Source: Acidobacteriota bacterium | GTDB lineage: Bacteria; Acidobacteriota; Terriglobia; Acidiferrales; UBA7541 | Assembly: GCA_027307115.1 (NCBI GenBank) | Contig: DAHUXN010000083.1 | Location: 2,775 to 66,774, forward strand | DNA: 64,000 nucleotides | Direction: 5' to 3' | Part shown: positions 1 through 7,009 of the stretch, one piece after another | Layout: the number at the start of each line of letters is the position of its first letter | Position numbering within the stretch: position 1 is the first letter of the stretch | Made by a program: the position numbers and the translations under genes | Notes under the pieces: generated by a model | Told to the model about the DNA's origin: nothing | The model's input: the letters and a program-made list of their open reading frames with translations, nothing else | Database searches by the model: none

Positions 1-1362
1 GGCGGGCAGATATTTCTTGTCGATGCCGAGCTTGTCAGTGAAGAACTGAACTTTATGCGCCTCGGTTTCGAAGAACTGGCACTCAAGCCTGCCTAAAATG
101 AAATCGAGTGCGGCTAGCCTAGTGCGGACGTATTCGGTCGAGTGCTTCCGCCGGAAGCGGACGTTGTCCTTGCCAATGACTTCGTAGAGATTGCGAGCGA
201 AAAGATGGTAGACCATGCCGTTCCGCAAGCACAGGCGAGCGGAAGCGTGGCCTCGTTCGAGGAGTTTCCGGACGAAGTTCAGACTGCGCTTTCCGGGTTT
301 TCCATTGACGAAGCGGACAAACTGCTGGCAGGTGAAGTAGCCGGAATGGGTGGCGACAAGATAGAGGAAACGGGCTTCTTCTTCGGTGTAGCCAAACGAG
401 CCCAGAGCGATCTTGTACATGCGTGGGATGTTCATAGGGCGAAGATCCTCGCGGTGATTTCGTGCGTATCGAGAATGCGCCGGAGTCTGGGATGGTCTTG
501 CTGACGGGCGAATAAATGGAACCCCCGCCTTGGTCTTTTCGGCGAGCCCGCGAGCGCGGTAATCCCTTGTGGCGATTTCGAGATCGAGGCGCTCAAGATT
601 CCGGCACTCGTCCTCGTACTGGACGCGAAGATCAGGGACAGGAATTTTGTCGTTCACCACATGCAGGTCATATTCGTTTGCAACGCGGATGCGCTCATAA
701 GCAGGATTCTTATGGGGATCGATCTGAGAGAGTTTCTTGTACAGTTCCCGCTTGATCTCGTAGTCGAGGACGACGCGACGAACCCTGCCGCCCGAGGATT
801 GAATTTCATCGGCCACTTTGTGGTAGAGGCGGTAGAGGTCAGCATCGTGGCGGACTTCTTTCGGCTTCGCCAAGCCGTGATATATCGCCTGGCCCTCAGG
901 AATTCGATTTTGGCGAGTGAGAAGCTTGTGGGCGTCGCGTGTGATGACAAGCACATTCTTTGAGCGGCCATCGTGCCCTTCGATACTGTGCTGTTCGATG
1001 AGGCCTTGGCGGCGAAGATTCTGAACATCATTCTCCATCCGCGCGCGGTCACTTGTGTAACGAAGTTGGGCGAGGTCGTCTACAGGAACGACGCGGAACT
1101 TGCCGATCTCGATGAGGGTCTCGATTTCCGATTCACGGAGCGAGTACTCGCGGTCGCGATAGCGATAACCGCTCCGGAAACGGTCCGAATTGTCTCTGTG
1201 ACGGGAACTTGATTCTCGACCGGGGCGCTCTGTGGGCGAGCTTCCACGCGAGCCCCGGTCCGTTTGAGAGCGTTCCGTTTGCTCGGAATGTCGAGACAGA
1301 GAGGTATTGGAATGTTTTCGAAGGAATGCCTCAAAGTCCGAGGGCTGGTAAGCTCGGGACAC
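1..1362 (-). CDS. replication-relaxation-like protein with two winged-helix modules; 3' end outside window
   Basis: Absent from the ORF track because it has no stop inside the window. Manual minus-strand translation is open in one frame from the TAA at 1411-1413 down to nt 1: ...DREYSLRESEIETLIEIGKFRVVPVDDLAQLRYTSDRARMENDVQNLRRQGLIEQHSIEGHDGRSKNVLVITRDAHKLL...RHDADLYRLYHKVADEI...PDLRVQYEDECRNLERLDLEIATRDY... A second module follows: MNIPRMYKIALGSFGYTEEEARFLYLVATHSGYFTCQQFVRFVNGKPGKRSLNFVRKLLERGHA... The first in-frame start is GTG 1360-1362; ATG 1036-1038 is an alternative. Family call is from motif memory (PF13814-like). Confidence 0.45.
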   Translation of the reverse strand, partial: MSRAYQPSDFEAFLRKHSNTSLSRHSEQTERSQTDRGSRGSSPTERPGRESSSRHRDNSDRFRSGYRYRDREYSLRESEIETLIEIGKFRVVPVDDLAQLRYTSDRARMENDVQNLRRQGLIEQHSIEGHDGRSKNVLVITRDAHKLLTRQNRIPEGQAIYHGLAKPKEVRHDADLYRLYHKVADEIQSSGGRVRRVVLDYEIKRELYKKLSQIDPHKNPAYERIRVANEYDLHVVNDKIPVPDLRVQYEDECRNLERLDLEIATRDYRARGLAEKTKAGVPFIRPSARPSQTPAHSRYARNHREDLRPMNIPRMYKIALGSFGYTEEEARFLYLVATHSGYFTCQQFVRFVNGKPGKRSLNFVRKLLERGHASARLCLRNGMVYHLFARNLYEVIGKDNVRFRRKHSTEYVRTRLAALDFILGRLECQFFETEAHKVQFFTDKLGIDKKYLPA

Positions 1363-1988
1363 GCGTTTGCTGCTCCTGAACCAAAGTCGGGGCGGCGCTC
1401 GTCGGCTGCGTTACGCCCCGCTATGGAGGGAGTCTGCGCGGGTACCGGCTCTCAATTTTGGGTACTCGGTCGCCGAACGCCTCAGACCCAGTGAAGGCGC
1501 AAGCGCGAATGGTCCTGGCTTGCGATTATCCATCCTTGCCTGGATCCTCTTGGCTCGGGGGGAGCTGAGAGGCGGATTTTCAGGTGCGCATGAGTTTAGA
1601 AACTCACCTCGTCTGATTCCAAGACGCAAGAAGACGGCCAAAGGTTTCCTGACGGAGAAAATATTTTAAGCGCTCGCCAGGACGCATTTTGCAAGATGGT
1701 AGCCGGTTTGTGATGATGCGTCTTGGTTTTGCACGATGCTGCACCGTATTCGGCAAAGAAAATTTTCACGTGTTTTGCCACTGCGACGGAGGTTGATTGC
1801 GAGGGTCGTAAGGCAGGGCGACGATGTTACTTTCCGTCCTCTCTTCCGTGGATGATGATGAGACCCCTACTAGCGATGGTGTTCAGAAGGCGCGACCGCA
1901 CCGTTTTCCGGCGCTAGGAGCGGCGCGTAGTGGCGCATTTTCGTGGACGCTTCTTCCGGACACGCCGCAGTTAGAGAGTCGCGCCGCA

Positions 1989-2034
1989 GATGCGGTATCC
2001 AGCAATCCATAGATGCGGTATCCAGCAATCCATA
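1989..2034. repeat. perfect 23-bp tandem duplication (AGATGCGGTATCCAGCAATCCAT x2)
   Basis: Read directly: 1989-2011 and 2012-2034 are identical. It lies about 150 bp upstream of the LuxR-type regulator gene. Confidence 0.9.
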
Positions 2035-2179
2035 GTTTCTCAGGCTGAGGAAGACTGAATGAATATCGCCGCTGCCCGATAGCGAAATTGTAAACTTAAT
2101 CAAAATAGTACTTGCCTAGTCTCGGTATGAACTGTATGGTGCACTTCATTCGCAGGGTTTGGTTTTAGGTTAGGAGCGA

Positions 2180-2839
2180 TTGAACGTGGGCCAAAATATC
2201 TCCGTATGCATACTCTCAGACAATCGACTGTTCCGCGAATCGTTAGGACGCATATTAACGAAGCGCAGCGATTGTGAAATAGCATTTTCTCACGGCGTAT
2301 CCGAGATCGCCTGTGAAGAGCCGATCGACTGGAACGCAGATGTAATCGTGCTTGATTCTGTGGAATTTCTGATTCGGAACGGCAGCTTGTGGAAGCCACG
2401 GAAGGAATCTTGCGACCGCATCAAGGTTCTTCTTGTCGCCATGGATGAAGACGAACAGCTTTTTCTCCGAGCTGTTCGCGCTGGCGCGCTCGGCTTCATT
2501 CTCAAGGATGCATCAGCGCTGGATGTCATTGCGGCTGTGCGCTGCGTGGCGCGCGGCGAGGCCGTCTGCCCACCTCGCTTCTGCAAGTTTCTGTTTGACT
2601 TCATCGCCGCACAAACGATTGAGTTGCCGGATCGTTCCGTCAGATTGCAATTGAGCCTGACGCGGCGCGAACAACAATTGGTTCCCATGATCGGCCGTGG
2701 GCTCACCAACAAAGAAATCGCCAACCAGTTGAATCTGTCCGAACAAACCATCAAAAATCATGTACATCGTATTCTCCACAAGATAGGCGTCGAGAACCGG
2801 CTAGGTATTGTGGCTGCAGTTCACGAGCTTCCCAATTGA
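2180..2839 (+). CDS. NarL/FixJ-type response regulator (LuxR HTH output), receiver partly degenerate
   Basis: C-terminal LuxR HTH: LTRREQQLVPMIGRGLTNKEIANQLNLSEQTIKNHVHRILHKIGV. The N-terminal receiver-like fold keeps an Asp in VIVLDS but has SD instead of the usual DD acidic pair. AGGAG at 2172-2176 favours GTG 2186 over TTG 2180 as the start. Confidence 0.8.
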   Translation: MNVGQNISVCILSDNRLFRESLGRILTKRSDCEIAFSHGVSEIACEEPIDWNADVIVLDSVEFLIRNGSLWKPRKESCDRIKVLLVAMDEDEQLFLRAVRAGALGFILKDASALDVIAAVRCVARGEAVCPPRFCKFLFDFIAAQTIELPDRSVRLQLSLTRREQQLVPMIGRGLTNKEIANQLNLSEQTIKNHVHRILHKIGVENRLGIVAAVHELPN

Positions 2840-3014
2840 TTCAATCCCCTTCAATGCAGTGGTACGTTTTAGGTACTGTCCCAAGAATCTGGTACGCCTA
2901 AGCGCGAGCCCACCCAGTACCTTTCTCGTACTCACAACACAGAAGTCATTACTCCTTAATTGAACCTTACGCAATTCGACGCAATTACTTAAGCTGCACA
3001 AGTTGGGGGTCAAC

Positions 3015-3392
3015 ATGAAGAATATCCGAGTCCTTGTGGCGAACCGGCCTCGCTTGATGCGTGAACTTGTCCTGGCGACTGTCGGAGATCAGCCCGACAT
3101 TGAAATCGTCGGCGAAATTCAGGACGAGATGGATATTGAGGATGCTATTGCGACAACACGCCCGGATTTTTTAATCGTGGCGTTGGAGAAATTGAATCGG
3201 CTGTCCGTCATCTGCGATTTGGTGCTTCAGAACCATCCCCAGCTTAAAGTCATCGCGATTGCCCCTGATCGCAACAGCACCATGTTTTATTGGGCGTCGT
3301 TGGAGATCAAGTCTCACCGGATCGAGGCTTCAGAGGATGGCGTTCTGGAGACGATTCGCAAGGCATCAGAAACAGCGGAGAAGATTCAATGA
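3015..3392 (+). CDS. stand-alone pseudo-receiver (REC-like) protein
   Basis: MKNIRVLVANRPRLMRELV...RPDFLIVALEK...KVIAIAPD has a receiver-like beta/alpha periodicity. The acidic pair reads AN and the phospho-acceptor position is Ala (IVALE). The stop TGA 3390-3392 overlaps ATG 3389 of the exporter gene. Confidence 0.6.
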   Translation: MKNIRVLVANRPRLMRELVLATVGDQPDIEIVGEIQDEMDIEDAIATTRPDFLIVALEKLNRLSVICDLVLQNHPQLKVIAIAPDRNSTMFYWASLEIKSHRIEASEDGVLETIRKASETAEKIQ

Positions 3393-6300
3393 AACGGCAA
3401 GGAATCGCTGAGTTGCTGGTAGCAGGCTTCTCGAATCAGCACCGAATCATTCTTTTATTCGCGCTGTTACTCGCGTGTCCGGCGGCTTTGGCGCAAAACG
3501 CACAGTCCAGGACACTGCCACCTTCCGACCTGGCGCGGCAAAACTTCGAGCGCGTTGCCGCGTCTGCAGCGCAGATCGAAGCGGTGCTTCACAAGGACGA
3601 CGGCCTAATGGTCGAGCTGAAGGGGTGGGTGGCGAAGGATGCCACGGACCACGGCCAACTCATCAGCGATTCCGATTTGACCGACCGGGCGATTTACAGC
3701 CGGCTGGAAAACGATGTTCAATTTCGTTCGATTGCCACTGCGCTGCTGCAAAAGTTCGGATACTTGCTTCCGCAGGTCAATCCGGATTCTCCTCAAGCGA
3801 AGGAACAAGCCCTTCTAATTCAAGATCGAGCAAAATGGCTGGCCCAGGACGAAGAGGAGGAGCTCACTGCGGCGCGCCAACAACGATCAACAAACAGCAT
3901 GGAGCAAGCGCGAGCGTGTGATCCGAGGCGGGATGCAAATTGCAACGCGTCGCGCAATTATCCCGCAACCGTGCAGCCCCAGGAAATTGGCGAACCCGTT
4001 CCGCCGCAGATCAGCTCGCCGTCCGGCAATCCGAACGCGCCCAGCATGCCGCGGCGCACATTGCCGACGCTGGAAAAAGCGCAGCTCCTCGAGGCAGGCG
4101 CAGGCGCCGAAAGCGGTTCCACAGGCAGTGAGCTGGCGATGGAAAACGCTTACGGCGCGATGCTGCCGGGGCTCTTTGGTTTGAGTCCAGCTGGCCCGGG
4201 AACCTTGACTTCAGCGTCTTCTGCAAATGGATTGCAGCCGCAATTTCCGCAAAACTCTTCGAATTCGAGCGGATTGGGACTGCAAAGCATGGCAAATGGA
4301 TCGACAGCAATCGGTCCGAGCATCCAGCCGCAGAACGGCTCGATGGAAACGGGAGAACAGCTTCCGCAAGCAGGCGGCTTTCCGAACTACACGGACGCGA
4401 ATTCTCGCGGATATGAGCCATATGAGACAGGGGGCGGCTGGCCGTCGCAGCCCTCCTCTAATTTTGTGGCGAATCGCCCCATCTTGAGTCAGGCCATGCT
4501 TCGGCAGCCCAACCCGTATATCGATGTCCCTTCCTTGTACGACATGTACTTGCAGGCCACGCCGCAGCCGGCCACGCCGGAGCGGTTCGGCATGGAGGTT
4601 TTCGAGAACGGAACGCGCAACGCGCAGATGATCCCATTTGATCTTCCTGTGGGGCCGGATTATGTGGTCGGGCCGGGAGACAGTTTGGCCATCAATCTGT
4701 GGGGCGGCGTTTCGCAGCAGTTCTTCCGCACGGTAGACAAGGAAGGCCGTGTGAATCTTCCGGAAGCGGGGCCGGTGCTCGTTGCGGGGAAGTCTCTGGC
4801 GCAGGTGCAGGAGTCAGTTCAAAAGACGCTTCGCTCTCAGTTCCGTGGCGTTTCGACGGATGTGTCGCTATCTCGCCTGCGCACCATTCGGGTTTATGTG
4901 GTGGGAGATGTTGTGCATCCGGGCGCATACGACATCAGCTCGCTTTCCACGCCGCTGAATGCCTTATTCGCGGCTGGCGGCCCCACCCGGCAAGGATCGT
5001 TGCGAATTCTGGAGCACAACCGGGGCGATCAGACGGTTCAAGATGTTGACGTGTATGACCTGCTTCTGCACGGCGTGAAAAAGGATATTCAGCGCCTAGA
5101 GAACGGCGACACGGTGCTGGTGCCTCCGATTGGGCCGGAATTCACAATCGAAGGAATGGTGCGGCGACCTGCGATTTATGAACTGCACAACGAGAAGTCT
5201 CTGAGCGATGTTTTGGCACTCGCCGGTGGCCTGCTGCCGACCGCGACGTTGCGTCACATCGAAGTGCAGCGCGTGATGGCGCACCAGCAACGGACGATGT
5301 TGAGTTTGAACATTCCCGAAGATGCCGACCAGGCTGCGATTACGAAAGAACTTGATTCCTTCAACGTGCAGGACGGCGACAAGATTCGGATTTTCCCGAT
5401 TGCCCCGTATGAGCAGAACACGGTCTATGTTGAAGGTCACGTGCTGCGGCCGGGGAAATACTCGTATCACCCGGGCATGCGCGTCACGGATCTGATTTCT
5501 TCCTACAAGGAGCTCTTGCCTGAACCGGCGAAACAGTATGCGGAAATTATCCGTCTCAACGCCCCCGATTACCGGCCGACGGTCGAAAGCTTCAACTTGG
5601 CGGATGCACTCAACCACCCAGGAAGTGCCCCGCTGTTGCAACCGCTCGACACGTTGCAAATTTTCGGGCGGTATGACTTCACAAATCCTCCCACGGTTTC
5701 TGTGTCGGGCGACGTACGTGTTCCGGGAACATACGAGACTTCAGGGCAGCTTCACCTAAGCGACGCGATCCACATGGCCGGAGGACTCGCGCCCGATGCA
5801 GAAACTGAAGACGCGCAAGTGTTTCGTTTTCTGCCGGACGGAAAGTCAAAGATTTTCAGCGTCAACTTGGAGCAAGCCCTTGCGGGAGATCCAGCTGACA
5901 ACATCGTTCTGGACTCGCGCGATCGAATCTTGGTGCATCGCAATCCAGCCGATGTCAATCCGGCGTCCGTGTATATCCAGGGAGAGGTGGGTCGGCCCGG
6001 ACAATATCCGCTAACAACCAACATGAGCATTTCGGATTTGATTCGCGCGGCAGGAGGACTGCAGCCGGGCGCGGACTTGAAAGACGCCGACCTTACGCAT
6101 TACGAGTGGAACGGCCAGGCGCAAATGATCGGCAAGCACGATGAAATCAATCTAAGCGCGGCGATGACGTCAAAGTCGGATTCTTCTCTTTCCAATGGCG
6201 ACGTTGTAACGATTCGGCAATTGCCCGGCTGGAATGATCTGGGCGCCACGATTGCGGTGCGAGGTGAAGTCAAGCATCCCGGCAGTTACGGAATTCGTCC

Positions 6301-7000
6301 CGGCGAGAAGCTGAGTTCGATTCTCATGCGCGCCGGTGGTTTCATGCCCGACGCCTACCCCTATGGAGCGCTTCTCGAACGCGGTTCGGTGCGCGATCTG
6401 GAGGCCAAATCGCAGCAGCAGCTAATTGAGCGCATCAAGGGCATGCAGACAGAGTTGAAACTTACGGCCACAACCGATCCAACACAAAAGCTGGCGCAAG
6501 AAACCGCTTATCAGCAGTGGAAGGAAAGCATCGAAGATCTCTCGGACAATCCTCCGCTTGGTCGCATGACCATTGAGGTCTCCTCGAACATTCGGAGCTG
6601 GGCCAATAGTTCGAGGGACATCGCTGTTCGCAATGGAGACACGCTGATTATTCCCAAGCGGCCGAGCTACGTGATGGTGCAGGGACAGGTTTACAACCCC
6701 ACGGCTGTTGCCTATCGGCCGGGCAAAAGTGCCAGGTGGTATCTGAACCAGTCTGGCGGAGCGACTAATTTGGCCAACAAGAAGGCGATCTTTGTGGTTC
6801 GAGCTAACGGGACGGTCATTGGTGGCCACGGAGGCATGCTGTGGATGGGCGGAGGGATGGACCAGTCCTTACAACCAGGCGATACGGTTGTGGTTCCCGA
6901 AAAGGCGCTCGGCGGACCTAAGAATTGGCAGGCATTTTTCCAGGTCGTACAGGTGCTGAGCGGAGTGACGACGAGTGGCATTCTTGCGGCGAAGTACTGA
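3389..7000 (+). CDS. giant outer-membrane polysaccharide export (OPX/Wza-family) protein with multiple SLBB domains
   Basis: ATG 3389 gives a signal peptide, MKRQGIAELLVAGFSNQHRIILLFALLLACPAALAQ. There is a Poly_export-type motif, PDYVVGPGDSLAINLWGG. At least six SLBB-like repeats are present, e.g. VYVVGDVVHPGAYDISSLSTPLNALFAAGG, VYIQGEVGRPGQYPLTTNMSISDLIRAAGG and IAVRGEVKHPGSYGIRPGEKLSSILMRAGG. The C-terminal segment NWQAFFQVVQVLSGVTTSGILAAKY is hydrophobic. Confidence 0.85.
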   Translation: MKRQGIAELLVAGFSNQHRIILLFALLLACPAALAQNAQSRTLPPSDLARQNFERVAASAAQIEAVLHKDDGLMVELKGWVAKDATDHGQLISDSDLTDRAIYSRLENDVQFRSIATALLQKFGYLLPQVNPDSPQAKEQALLIQDRAKWLAQDEEEELTAARQQRSTNSMEQARACDPRRDANCNASRNYPATVQPQEIGEPVPPQISSPSGNPNAPSMPRRTLPTLEKAQLLEAGAGAESGSTGSELAMENAYGAMLPGLFGLSPAGPGTLTSASSANGLQPQFPQNSSNSSGLGLQSMANGSTAIGPSIQPQNGSMETGEQLPQAGGFPNYTDANSRGYEPYETGGGWPSQPSSNFVANRPILSQAMLRQPNPYIDVPSLYDMYLQATPQPATPERFGMEVFENGTRNAQMIPFDLPVGPDYVVGPGDSLAINLWGGVSQQFFRTVDKEGRVNLPEAGPVLVAGKSLAQVQESVQKTLRSQFRGVSTDVSLSRLRTIRVYVVGDVVHPGAYDISSLSTPLNALFAAGGPTRQGSLRILEHNRGDQTVQDVDVYDLLLHGVKKDIQRLENGDTVLVPPIGPEFTIEGMVRRPAIYELHNEKSLSDVLALAGGLLPTATLRHIEVQRVMAHQQRTMLSLNIPEDADQAAITKELDSFNVQDGDKIRIFPIAPYEQNTVYVEGHVLRPGKYSYHPGMRVTDLISSYKELLPEPAKQYAEIIRLNAPDYRPTVESFNLADALNHPGSAPLLQPLDTLQIFGRYDFTNPPTVSVSGDVRVPGTYETSGQLHLSDAIHMAGGLAPDAETEDAQVFRFLPDGKSKIFSVNLEQALAGDPADNIVLDSRDRILVHRNPADVNPASVYIQGEVGRPGQYPLTTNMSISDLIRAAGGLQPGADLKDADLTHYEWNGQAQMIGKHDEINLSAAMTSKSDSSLSNGDVVTIRQLPGWNDLGATIAVRGEVKHPGSYGIRPGEKLSSILMRAGGFMPDAYPYGALLERGSVRDLEAKSQQQLIERIKGMQTELKLTATTDPTQKLAQETAYQQWKESIEDLSDNPPLGRMTIEVSSNIRSWANSSRDIAVRNGDTLIIPKRPSYVMVQGQVYNPTAVAYRPGKSARWYLNQSGGATNLANKKAIFVVRANGTVIGGHGGMLWMGGGMDQSLQPGDTVVVPEKALGGPKNWQAFFQVVQVLSGVTTSGILAAKY

Positions 7001-7009
7001 GGCGCTCTA

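Noticed and set aside
3290-3388. N-terminal extension of the OPX gene suggested by the ORF track (start 3290).
   Set aside because: The extension overlaps the pseudo-receiver gene in another frame and has no signal peptide. ATG 3389 gives a textbook signal peptide and an ATGA overlap with the upstream stop.
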